The position numbers and the translations under genes are program-made. Positions 1-9,066 of a stretch of 45,244 nt of DNA are shown piece after piece (the first letter of the stretch is position 1; the number at the start of each line of letters is the position of its first letter). Below the pieces are notes generated by a model, which was not told the origin of the DNA, did no database searches, and saw only the letters and a list, made by a program, of their open reading frames with translations. This DNA comes from Deltaproteobacteria bacterium (GTDB lineage Bacteria; JAEEML01), in the NCBI GenBank assembly GCA_016283195.1, contig JAEEML010000088.1, positions 1-45,244 of the forward strand, read 5' to 3'.

Positions 1-1077
1 AATAATGCCGTGCGGCGAATGGATCAGATGATCCATCTTTTTGTAATTTTCCGGCGAAAAGCCGAGGTCGGTAAGATCGAGCAAAATGGAGCTTCTGTCT
101 AATAGACGCATGGTAATGCGCTCGCCGTGGCTGGTGGGCACGGTGGCAGTACGGATATCAATATCTTTACCGGCCATCTTAATGCGAATACGCCCGTCCT
201 GGGGCAGACGCTTTTCGGCGATATTGAGCCCGGCCATAATCTTAATACGCGAAATCATTGAAGATTGTATTTTTTTGGGCGGGCGGATTTTTTCATGCAA
301 AATACCGTCGATGCGGAAGCGGATGATAAGGTCGCGCTCCATTGGCTCCACATGGATATCGGAAGCATGCTCTTTGATAGCCTGGGAGATGAGCGAGTTG
401 ACAAGGCGGATAATGGGCGCTTCGTCTTCGCTGTCGAGGAGGTCTTTGGTCTCTTCCAGCTCATGGGCAAAGCTATTCAAATCATCGTCGTTTTGAATAG
501 CTTCCATGGTGGCTTCGGCCTGCGCCGAGCGGCGGTCGTAAACACCGTTAATAGCATTTATAATAGTTTCCGAGCGCGCCAGCTTTAAAGCACAGGGGAG
601 GCCAAAATGGTCAGAGAGCTCATCTATAGCGCCAAGCGCATAAGGGTCGCTTATGGCTACCTCGATAGCCCCGTTTTGCTTTGAAAGCGGTAATAATTTG
701 TGCTTTTTGCAAAAGTTAATGGGAAGACCTGCGACCAGCTCATCGGGAATATCTTTTATTTCAATAGAGCTGATTATCGGTAATTCCAGCTGCAGCGCAA
801 TAGCTTTTAAAACAGTCACTTCGCCAGCGAGCTTCTTTTCTAAAATAAATTCAATTTGCGCCGAGGGCGAAAGATTTAAAAGCTCTGCTTCATCCTCTGG
901 AGTAATGGCATTAAGCTCGCCCATAGAGTGCAAAATAGCCGGCAACGGCATAGTGGCATAACTGGGCACCTCTACCATAGCCGCCGGTTCCGGGGTTATA
1001 GTGGCTACTTGGGGAAGCGGCATATTTACTACCGTTTTTTCTTCCGCCGGGGCCATATTTTCCACTACATCGCTCAT
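1..1077 (-). CDS. gspE: Type II secretion ATPase GspE (3' end truncated by window edge; absent from ORF track)
   Basis: Manual translation from ATG at 1077 (ATGA overlap with gspD stop) gives MSDVVENMAP...SRIKIMAGLNIAEKRLPQDGRIRIKMAGKDIDIRTATVPTSHGERITMRLLDR...HSPHGII, the GspE/PilB signature just before Walker A. Directly follows a secretin. Confidence 0.93.
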   Translation of the reverse strand, partial: MSDVVENMAPAEEKTVVNMPLPQVATITPEPAAMVEVPSYATMPLPAILHSMGELNAITPEDEAELLNLSPSAQIEFILEKKLAGEVTVLKAIALQLELPIISSIEIKDIPDELVAGLPINFCKKHKLLPLSKQNGAIEVAISDPYALGAIDELSDHFGLPCALKLARSETIINAINGVYDRRSAQAEATMEAIQNDDDLNSFAHELEETKDLLDSEDEAPIIRLVNSLISQAIKEHASDIHVEPMERDLIIRFRIDGILHEKIRPPKKIQSSMISRIKIMAGLNIAEKRLPQDGRIRIKMAGKDIDIRTATVPTSHGERITMRLLDRSSILLDLTDLGFSPENYKKMDHLIHSPHGII

Positions 1078-3740
1078 GGAGCGGCCTCACTTTGAGCATT
1101 GGTAGTAGCCTCACTTGTTGCTGGTTGCGACGTTTCAGAGGGAGCTTGTTCCACTTCGCCGGCTCCTTCATCAGCTTTGGCGCCATGCACTTCTTCGGTC
1201 ATTTCGGAAAATTCGGCTGTCTCCATTTCCGGCATAATAAGCGTCTCTTCGCCGTTGCCTTCGCCGCCGTTTTCAATGCGCTTCATCTCATTTTCTATTT
1301 CGGCCAGCAGTGTTGCGGCCATGCCGTTTTTACGAGCATAATTGACATAGGGACGATAATCTTGCGAACCGCCGTAAAACATCTTTTCAAAGCGCTGATG
1401 CTCCAGCAATTTACGCTTGGCGATAGCCTCCATATCGCTTTTGTCTCTAATAATGTAAGGCGTTAAAATTATAAGCAAACTAACCTTTTCTTTTTCCCAA
1501 GAGCGAGTTTTGAAAAGCCAGCCGAAAATGGGAATATTGCCAAGAAGCGGAATTTTAGATTCCGACTCGCGGTAACGTTCACGAATGAGGCCGCCGATTA
1601 CCATGGTTTGCTGATCATCCGGGGTAATAACGGTTTTGGTCTTTCTGGTGGCGGTCATCGGCTGGCCGGTAGCTTCATCTTTACCAATCAAATCTTCGAT
1701 AGAAAGATCAACTTCCAGGCGCACTTTACCAAACTCATTGATATGCGGCGTAAGACTTAGTTTCAAAGAAACATCAATGCGGTCGGTACGAGAATAAAGC
1801 CCGGCATAAGCCGAAAGAGCCGAACTGGCACTGCTACTTAAACCGGCTAAATTATTCAAAGTTGAGCCATAGCCTTCTTGGAAGGGGATTTTTTGTCCTA
1901 CTTCAATCTCGGCTTCTTCGTTGTCGGTTACTGTAATATGCGGAGTAGAGAGAATATTGGAATTGGTATCATTTTCCAAAGCTTTTAAAACCACACCGAT
2001 ACTGGGAATAGTCACCGAAGTGCCGCCGATAGTGCCGGTAAACATCTCACCCAAAACGCCGCCTATAGCTCCGCCAAAAATATTAAAGAGGTCGGCAACC
2101 CCGGAGGCGCTGGTGATGGCCGTCATGGTGGAGTTACTGGAAGATTGAATAAAACCTATACCTTGCGAGAGATTTTTATTGCCGGAACCTTTATCAAAAG
2201 GAATACCGCTATGCCAACCGGTACCGAATTGGTTGTTTTTGCCAACTGTCACTTCCATAATAGCCGCTTCGATAAAAACCTGCAGGCGCGGGCGGTCCAG
2301 CTGTTCTATAACTTTTTTAAGGCTTTTATAATCGCGGGCGGAGCTCACAATCACCAAGCTGTTGGTGGCTTTATCGGCGGTGATTTTTACTTCGCCCTCA
2401 AAAAGCGCCGCGCTATCGGCCGGCCCTTTTTTATTATTGGCTGCCTTCTTGTTATTTCCGCTATTAGAACGCCCCTGAGCCAGCGAAGAGAGCGTATTGG
2501 CTACATCTTCGGCAGTAGCGTTTTTTAAATAATGAACGCGAATTTGGCCTTCATCTTCGGTGAGCTGCACATCCAGCTTGCTCACAATATCCATAATGGG
2601 AGCAAAACTGTCATGGCCGGCCAGGATAAAGAGCTGATTAGTGCGATCATCGGGAATTATTTTGGAAATATTTACCGAACTGCCGACAGAGTCCTCCGCC
2701 GGTTTATTGCTGTTTTTACTATTGCCGCTATTAGAGGCCGGCTTTTTATCCACATCATATATTTGCTTTATTTTTTCCGCTACTTCGCTGGCAATACCGT
2801 TTTCTATGGGAATAATTTGCAACTCTTCCCGGCCGCCGGCTTGGTCCAGAGTATCAATAATACTTTTTATGCGGTGAATATTATTGCCATAATCGGAAAG
2901 AATCAGAGTATTGGTGGGCTGGAAGACGGTCATCGAGCCGTCAGAAGAAACCATTCCTTTGATAATATTAGATATATTTTGAGCATCAACATATTTAAGT
3001 TGCAATAAAATAGTTACCAGAGAATCGGTCCAAGGCACATTTTTGGCATCGTCGTAATAAGTAGGAATCGGTGATTTAATAGCCTCTTTAGAAGAGGTTA
3101 ATTTATAAAATTTGCCGGAGCGCACTAAAGTTAAATTATTGATTTCAAGAGCCGACAAAAAGGCTTGGTAGGCCTCATAAGCTGTAACCTGAGTAGGGCA
3201 CAAAATGGTGATTTTTTGTCCTTTTATTTTTTCAGGCACAATGAAGTTGCGCCGCGTAATATCGCTTATAGCTTTAATAACATCTTCTACGGCCGCTTTA
3301 TTAAAATCAAAATAAAATTTACCTTTGCGGCTTCTGGCGGCGTAGTCGATGGTGGTTTCCTCTTCGCCGCCACCCCCTTGAGAGCCTTTATTAGCTGCAG
3401 AAGAGGCGGCCGGAGCGGCAGCTTGGGCTACTTTGGTGGGCTCACTCGCGCTGCTGCTACTGGCGCTCTCTTCGTTATTACTTTCGTCTTCTTTGGTTTC
3501 TGCTTCGGCAGCATTCCGGAATCTGGCCGCTCTTTTCACTTTTAGCGAATCAATAGCATGCTGACGGCCCGGAGACAAACGCCTAGCGTCACGGTTTAAA
3601 ATATGGCGCGGGGGACGAACTCTGTTTTCGCCCTCCTCTTCCTCTTGAGCTTTCAGCGGTGTAGCCACTAAAACAGTGGCTAAGAGAGCAAGTAGCGGCC
3701 AGGCAGGTCCAAACGGTATTTTACGAAAATGCAGGAACAT
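1074..3740 (-). CDS. gspD: Type II secretion secretin GspD
   Basis: Signal peptide, N0 domain (FDFNKAAVEDVIKAISDITRRNFIV), repeated N domains (ITADKATNSLVI), secretin core (QVFIEAAIMEV, NILSTPHI, KIPLLGNIPIFGWLFK). Low-complexity N-terminal extension and acidic C-terminal tail. Confidence 0.95.
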   Translation of the reverse strand: MFLHFRKIPFGPAWPLLALLATVLVATPLKAQEEEEGENRVRPPRHILNRDARRLSPGRQHAIDSLKVKRAARFRNAAEAETKEDESNNEESASSSSASEPTKVAQAAAPAASSAANKGSQGGGGEEETTIDYAARSRKGKFYFDFNKAAVEDVIKAISDITRRNFIVPEKIKGQKITILCPTQVTAYEAYQAFLSALEINNLTLVRSGKFYKLTSSKEAIKSPIPTYYDDAKNVPWTDSLVTILLQLKYVDAQNISNIIKGMVSSDGSMTVFQPTNTLILSDYGNNIHRIKSIIDTLDQAGGREELQIIPIENGIASEVAEKIKQIYDVDKKPASNSGNSKNSNKPAEDSVGSSVNISKIIPDDRTNQLFILAGHDSFAPIMDIVSKLDVQLTEDEGQIRVHYLKNATAEDVANTLSSLAQGRSNSGNNKKAANNKKGPADSAALFEGEVKITADKATNSLVIVSSARDYKSLKKVIEQLDRPRLQVFIEAAIMEVTVGKNNQFGTGWHSGIPFDKGSGNKNLSQGIGFIQSSSNSTMTAITSASGVADLFNIFGGAIGGVLGEMFTGTIGGTSVTIPSIGVVLKALENDTNSNILSTPHITVTDNEEAEIEVGQKIPFQEGYGSTLNNLAGLSSSASSALSAYAGLYSRTDRIDVSLKLSLTPHINEFGKVRLEVDLSIEDLIGKDEATGQPMTATRKTKTVITPDDQQTMVIGGLIRERYRESESKIPLLGNIPIFGWLFKTRSWEKEKVSLLIILTPYIIRDKSDMEAIAKRKLLEHQRFEKMFYGGSQDYRPYVNYARKNGMAATLLAEIENEMKRIENGGEGNGEETLIMPEMETAEFSEMTEEVHGAKADEGAGEVEQAPSETSQPATSEATTNAQSEAAP

Positions 3741-3795
3741 AGCATATCCTTTGTTTGCATTGTGTCGGCATCCCTAAAATGCCGATTTGCTTATA

Positions 3796-3812
3796 TGCAA
3801 TAATCAGGCCAA
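3796..3812 (-). promoter_or_regulatory. Sigma-54 (-24/-12) promoter upstream of gspD
   Basis: Minus strand reads TTGGCCTGATTATTGCA with exact GG-N10-GC spacing, about 55 nt upstream of the gspD ATG. Confidence 0.7.
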
Positions 3813-3876
3813 TTTTAAAAAGCAAAAAATTGTTATAAGTTGTTGCAGGTTAGCTTTATTTTTTTCAATTTGCCGC

Positions 3877-3934
3877 TGTGACAAAATGTCAATTATCTCT
3901 GCACCAGCGGAAGATTGTGCGACATTTTGTCACA
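3877..3934. promoter_or_regulatory. Perfect 14-bp inverted repeat; candidate enhancer (UAS) pair for a sigma-54 activator
   Basis: TGTGACAAAATGTC (3877-3890) and GACATTTTGTCACA (3921-3934), 30-nt spacer. Each arm is itself quasi-palindromic (TGACA-AAA-TGTCA). They lie about 100 and 140 nt upstream of the predicted start site, with an AT-rich tract between them and the promoter. Confidence 0.55.
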
Positions 3935-3953
3935 TAAACGAGTTCAGGGCTTA

Positions 3954-6900
3954 TTAAAAATGGTAATTGCGGCTATTGATAGCGCCGGCGACAGATTGAT
4001 CGCCGCGCAGGTTATAAATGAGGTCGAAATAGAGATGGCGTTCGTCAGGATCAATAAAGGGGTCATCCTGGGAAGTGCCAAGTTCATAGATAATATGCAG
4101 CCTGTCAGCCGGAATATGGACACTGTAACTCCCTATTCTGTTCATACTGGCGTTCATAAGATCATTAGCTGCCACATCGTCATCAAAGAAGCTTTTCTGG
4201 CCATCAAAAGCACTATTATATATACTATCTGAAATATTGGAAAAGCTTTCGTCGCAGAGCATATTAAGGCCCATCAGGCTATCCACCAGTGTCAGTTGGC
4301 TCTCGCTTTCCAGGCCGGCAATAGCCGAGCTCTTGTTATATGGGCTACTGTTGCCATAAATGGTGGAGCCGGAAACAATGCCTTCGCTATCTACAAGGCA
4401 AAGAGCCGTGCCGCAGTTTTCCACATCATAACATACGCCTTTTTCCACCGGAGCGCCTAAATAGTTATTGCCAAGCTGGACATTGTAAAGAGCCAGCGGG
4501 CCGGAGCTGTTATAAATAGCGCCGCCGGCCAGTAATCGCGCTGCAGAAGGTTCGGTGGAAACTGCGCTGTTTTCATCAAAAACGACATTGGTTAAAAGCA
4601 CACGCATGGCCCTTTCACTGTAAATAGCACCGCCCTTGGCTATATTTTGTTTTGTTACAGCGCTGTTTTTCACAAATGAGCTGTCCTGCACCACCAGGCG
4701 GCTATCATTGGTATTGGTAATAGCGCCGCCCCAAGCTTCGTCATTTTGTTCATTTATATTGCGCGAGAAATAGGAACCGCTGATAACTGCCAAGGCAGAG
4801 CTATTATTCATTAAAACAGCTTCCAGCTTACCGGCCACAAATTCGCTTATACCGCAGTTTTCGATATAAAGAGCCGATCCTTCCTCATTATCGGCAAAGG
4901 CGCCGGGCTCCTTATTGCCCATAAAGGTGATATCGTGGAGCGAAAGGCGCTTCATGGTATTGATAGTGAAAAGCGGCTCATTGGCAGAAGGCGTATATAA
5001 AATAGTGGTGCGCTGTTCATAAAGATTTTCGCCACGTTCGGAAATACTCTTTTCAGAACCTTTAAAGGAGCCATAAACATCAATAGTGGCCTCACCGCCG
5101 AGATCGAGCAGGATATTTCTGTCAGCCGTATAATCACCACCGGCTATCCAAATAGCTGCCTCTTTACAGGCCGCGTCTTTAAGCAGATTATAAGCCAAAT
5201 CAAAGGCCGCATTGACAGTAGCCAGCGCCTCTTCCCAGCTCTGCCCGCTCTGCCCGTCGTCTCCTTCTGTGCGCACATAGACGATACATGGTTCAGTGAG
5301 TTCCAAACAGGTAGGTTCCATATTGTCATCATAATAACAAACTGTTTCATCTTTATGGTAACAATCGCCGTCAAAATTCTCGCAAGTAGGCTTACAGGCA
5401 ATATTTCTCCCGTTTATACTATCCGGATAACCAGGCTCAAAGGAAAGGTGCTGACCGCCCGGCGGGCAAACCTGGACATCGCCGAATCTGTCAAGTGCAT
5501 AATAGCAGCCTTTGCCGGCAAGACCACTATCACATACCTGCAAATCATTGCAGGAGCAGCTGGAGCAAGAAGAGCCGTAATAGCCGCCGGTACATTCGCT
5601 ACAGGTGGTATTGCCTTGCCAATTGGTATAACAATTGCAGGAACCATCACCACCGGTGCCCTGTCTACAAGAGCCATGACCGCTACAAGGATTAGTAGGC
5701 CCGCCCTGGCAGGTAATTGTGCACGAAGGACCGGCATAGCCACTGACACAAGCATTGCAGGCAGCTCCCGTCCAATGACCCGGACCAGTACAGGAGCAAG
5801 TGCCGTCCTGCTGACAGGTACCGTGACCACTACAGGGATTAGTAGGCCCGCCGGGACAGGTAGTTTGACAATTTGAGCCAACATAGCCGGGTTTACAAGT
5901 AGCGCAAGCCGGAGCCGCCCAGTTGCCGTTACAAGAACAAGTGGGGGTGGTCACATTTTTACCGTCATGGCATTCACCACGGCCGTTACAGGGATCAGCG
6001 GCGCCGCCGGGGCACTCTAAAGAGCAATCAGGGCCGCCATAGCCGGGTTTACAATCTTCGCAACCGGCAGCCAAATCCCAATTGCCGGCACAAACATCAC
6101 AAGCAGAACCGCTCCAATGGCCAGAGCAAGAACAGGTGGGCGTTACATTCTTACCGGCCGTGCAGGTACCATGGCCGTTACATTGGTTAGCAGCGCCGCC
6201 GGGGCACTCCAAAGAGCAATCAGGGCCGCCATAGCCAGGTTTACATTCATTGCAATCTGTCCCAGTCCAATTGCCTTTGCACACATTGCAAGCCGGGCCA
6301 GCCCAGTTGCCGGTACAAGAACAAGTGGGCGTCACATTTTTACCGGCAGAGCAGGTACCATGGCCGTTACATTGATTAGTAGCACCGCCGGGACATTCGG
6401 CATTGCAATCGGAGCCGCCATAGCCATCTGCGCAGGTATCACAAGCAGTGCCGGTCCAATGGCCGCCACATTGTGTGCAAGAGCCATTACCATTTAGGCC
6501 ATCAATGCAGGAGCCGCCTTTACATTGCGCGCTGCCGGTTCCGCCGGGGCAGGTATTTTCACAATTTTGGCCATATTTGCCATCTATACAATCAGCACAG
6601 TTCTGCCCCACATCAAAGCCGCTTTGGCAACTCGTACAGTTACCGTTTCCCCCAGTGCCACCATTACAAGTACCATGGCCGTAACATTGCGCGCTGCCGG
6701 TTCCGCCGGGGCAGGCATTGGAACAGGTTGGCCCCCAGTAGCCATCAGCGCACTGAGTACAACTTGGCATGGCCCAGCCGGTTTTACACTGGGTACAATT
6801 TGATTCGGTGGTGAAATTGCCGCTGCAGGCACCACAATTGCCGAGGCCATGTACACCGTCATCACATTCCGACTGACCATTGCAAATACCGCCCGCGCTG

Positions 6901-9026
6901 CCGAGTCCCTGGCAGGTGCCGGTACATTGGGGGCCAAAGTAGCCCTCTTTGCAATCGTTGCAATTAGCCTCTGCACTCCAGTTGCCACTACAATTAATGC
7001 ACTTGCCTTCACTGGTACAGGTGCCGCGACCAAAGCAGATTCCCTGACCCTCAGCCACGCCTGGGCAGGGCAGACAACTTGGCCCATAATAGCCATTTGC
7101 ACACTCATTGCAGGTAGCGCCAGTATAATTAGCAGCGGTACAGGTACACTTGGGTTTGCCGTTAGCTATGGAGCAATTACCATGGCCGTTACAGGTATTG
7201 GGCGTGCACTTGGGTTCACAAGTGCCATTTTGGTCTTCATCCTGATAATCACTCTGACACTTACAATCAACTTGGCCGGTAGTGCTATTTATATAGCATT
7301 CGGCACCGGTCGGGCAGCTATGCTGGGCAACTTCACAAGTTGGCATACAAGTGCCGTCATTGTTAGCGTCCTGATAACCAGCGGCGCAGGCAGTACAAGA
7401 GCCGTTGGCATCTAAAGCGTAGCCAGTATCACAATTACAGCTATTACTGGTTTCGCCGCCGCAAGTGCCATGGCCGTTACAAACATTGGCAGCTCCGCCC
7501 GGGCAGGGTTTACATTCCGGGCCGGCATAGCCGGTATTGCACTTATTACATTCTATTCCTGCCCAGCCGGTATAGCATGAGCAGCTATTGCTGGTTTCGC
7601 CGCCGCAGGTACCATGACCGTTACAGGCATTATCCGCGCCGCCCGGGCAGGGAGTACATTCCGGGCCGGCATAGCCGCGCGCGCACTTTTGACAGTTATC
7701 ACCACTATAGTTGGGCTTACATTCGGTGCAGTATTCACCTTGCCAATGGTCGGCACAGAGGCAGGTACCATGGCCATCTTTTCCTTCATCGCAGGTGCCA
7801 TGTTCCGAGCAGGCACAAGGCAGGCAATCCGGGCCATAGTAACCGGGTGCGCACTCATTACAGCTCACACCGGCCCAGCCTGGCAGACAGGTGGCACAAT
7901 TGCTATTTTTATCAAAGTGGTTAAAACACTCGCATTCACCATTGCCGGTGCGGCCATCCAGACAAATGCCGTGACCATTGCAAACCCCATTCTCACTGCC
8001 CAGCCCCGGACAGCGCCCTGTACATTCATCATTAAAATAGTTGGCTACACACTTATCGCAGGCCGGGTAGCCGGTAAAATTGCCTTCACAGCCGTTGCAA
8101 TCAACACCGGCCACGCCTTCATCACAAACACAGGAACCGTCAGGCTGGCATTTTCCTTTATTATTACAAGGGGTTTCTGCTCCGCCAAGGCATTCGATTT
8201 GGCAATTATCGCCCACATAGCCGGGCTTACAAACCGCACAATCGCTAGCGGCATCCCAATTGGTAAGACAAAGGGAGCAGGAAGTTTCTATATCATAATG
8301 ATTCAAACAGGTTGTACAGCCGCTTTCCGCTGTAAAATGGTTATTGCAGGTACAAACGCCATCGCCATCTACGCCATCGTTACATTTGCCGTGGCCACCG
8401 CAAACAGCGCCTTTCTCTACTCCCGGGCAAAGGCCGTCGCACTTTTTGCCAAAATAGCCATCTTTACAAACACTGCAATCTTCACCGCCCCAGTTTCCGT
8501 CGCACTTACAGGAGCCATCACCGTCAACACCATCATCACAAACACCGTGGCCGCTGCAAATTTCGCTATCAAAACCGGGACATTTTCTCTGGCACTTTTC
8601 GCCGTAGCGCCCGGCTTCACAGCGCATTTGGCAAATGGATTTACCGCTGGAGTTTTCTTTGCAAACCCAGCCTTGCTCTAAAACACAGGAAGCGCTGCAA
8701 CCGTCGCCGGCTTTATTATCGCCATCATCACAATCTTCCAGGCCCTCTTTGCGCCCATCACCGCACACAACGGAAGTGCCATCAATACAAACACTATCTT
8801 CGCAATGCTGGGTATTAATGTCACATTCGCTATTGTCTGTGCATATTTTATGACAAGTGCCCAAAGCGCATACAAGGCCGGTTTTACACTCATCACTGTT
8901 CTTACAAGCTGTGCCTTCGGGCAAATTATTGGCTATTCCGTTTATGGTGTTGTCAGGATCTCCGCAACCGCTTGTCACCAGCAGGACCGCCATACTCAAA
9001 AAGAGTGCCAATTTAGAAAATCGCAT
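3954..9026 (-). CDS. Giant Cys-rich lipoprotein: myxococcal Cys-rich repeat, long EGF/laminin-EGF-like array, C-terminal right-handed beta-helix
   Basis: Lipobox-like LVTSG-C. CGDG..E.CDDG...GDGCSASC repeat, dozens of CxxCxxGyxGxxC / CPGGxxxxCxGHGxC units, VYVxxxGDDxxSGxSW helix cap, GGAI/FxxN repeats. Confidence 0.85.
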   Translation of the reverse strand: MRFSKLALFLSMAVLLVTSGCGDPDNTINGIANNLPEGTACKNSDECKTGLVCALGTCHKICTDNSECDINTQHCEDSVCIDGTSVVCGDGRKEGLEDCDDGDNKAGDGCSASCVLEQGWVCKENSSGKSICQMRCEAGRYGEKCQRKCPGFDSEICSGHGVCDDGVDGDGSCKCDGNWGGEDCSVCKDGYFGKKCDGLCPGVEKGAVCGGHGKCNDGVDGDGVCTCNNHFTAESGCTTCLNHYDIETSCSLCLTNWDAASDCAVCKPGYVGDNCQIECLGGAETPCNNKGKCQPDGSCVCDEGVAGVDCNGCEGNFTGYPACDKCVANYFNDECTGRCPGLGSENGVCNGHGICLDGRTGNGECECFNHFDKNSNCATCLPGWAGVSCNECAPGYYGPDCLPCACSEHGTCDEGKDGHGTCLCADHWQGEYCTECKPNYSGDNCQKCARGYAGPECTPCPGGADNACNGHGTCGGETSNSCSCYTGWAGIECNKCNTGYAGPECKPCPGGAANVCNGHGTCGGETSNSCNCDTGYALDANGSCTACAAGYQDANNDGTCMPTCEVAQHSCPTGAECYINSTTGQVDCKCQSDYQDEDQNGTCEPKCTPNTCNGHGNCSIANGKPKCTCTAANYTGATCNECANGYYGPSCLPCPGVAEGQGICFGRGTCTSEGKCINCSGNWSAEANCNDCKEGYFGPQCTGTCQGLGSAGGICNGQSECDDGVHGLGNCGACSGNFTTESNCTQCKTGWAMPSCTQCADGYWGPTCSNACPGGTGSAQCYGHGTCNGGTGGNGNCTSCQSGFDVGQNCADCIDGKYGQNCENTCPGGTGSAQCKGGSCIDGLNGNGSCTQCGGHWTGTACDTCADGYGGSDCNAECPGGATNQCNGHGTCSAGKNVTPTCSCTGNWAGPACNVCKGNWTGTDCNECKPGYGGPDCSLECPGGAANQCNGHGTCTAGKNVTPTCSCSGHWSGSACDVCAGNWDLAAGCEDCKPGYGGPDCSLECPGGAADPCNGRGECHDGKNVTTPTCSCNGNWAAPACATCKPGYVGSNCQTTCPGGPTNPCSGHGTCQQDGTCSCTGPGHWTGAACNACVSGYAGPSCTITCQGGPTNPCSGHGSCRQGTGGDGSCNCYTNWQGNTTCSECTGGYYGSSCSSCSCNDLQVCDSGLAGKGCYYALDRFGDVQVCPPGGQHLSFEPGYPDSINGRNIACKPTCENFDGDCYHKDETVCYYDDNMEPTCLELTEPCIVYVRTEGDDGQSGQSWEEALATVNAAFDLAYNLLKDAACKEAAIWIAGGDYTADRNILLDLGGEATIDVYGSFKGSEKSISERGENLYEQRTTILYTPSANEPLFTINTMKRLSLHDITFMGNKEPGAFADNEEGSALYIENCGISEFVAGKLEAVLMNNSSALAVISGSYFSRNINEQNDEAWGGAITNTNDSRLVVQDSSFVKNSAVTKQNIAKGGAIYSERAMRVLLTNVVFDENSAVSTEPSAARLLAGGAIYNSSGPLALYNVQLGNNYLGAPVEKGVCYDVENCGTALCLVDSEGIVSGSTIYGNSSPYNKSSAIAGLESESQLTLVDSLMGLNMLCDESFSNISDSIYNSAFDGQKSFFDDDVAANDLMNASMNRIGSYSVHIPADRLHIIYELGTSQDDPFIDPDERHLYFDLIYNLRGDQSVAGAINSRNYHF
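5681..7690. repeat. DNA-level internal duplications inside the EGF array
   Basis: Examples: 7441-7533 vs 7585-7677 (144-nt period); ACATTGCGCGCTGCCGGTTCCGCCGGGGCAGG at ~6523 and ~6685; three related units at ~5910-6060, ~6120-6250, ~6300-6430; GGATTAGTAGGCCCGCC at ~5689 and ~5836. Confidence 0.85.
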
Positions 9027-9066
9027 TTTGCCCTCCTAATTGCTTTAGCGCAAAAAACAAACGTTT

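Noticed and set aside
7614-8681. 355-aa plus-strand ORF and the many other antisense or alternate-frame ORFs in the track (e.g. 86-496, 15069-15725, 17860-18648, 38972-39655, 42223-42954)
   Set aside because: They are shadows of well-supported genes on the opposite strand or frame, with no motifs or RBS.
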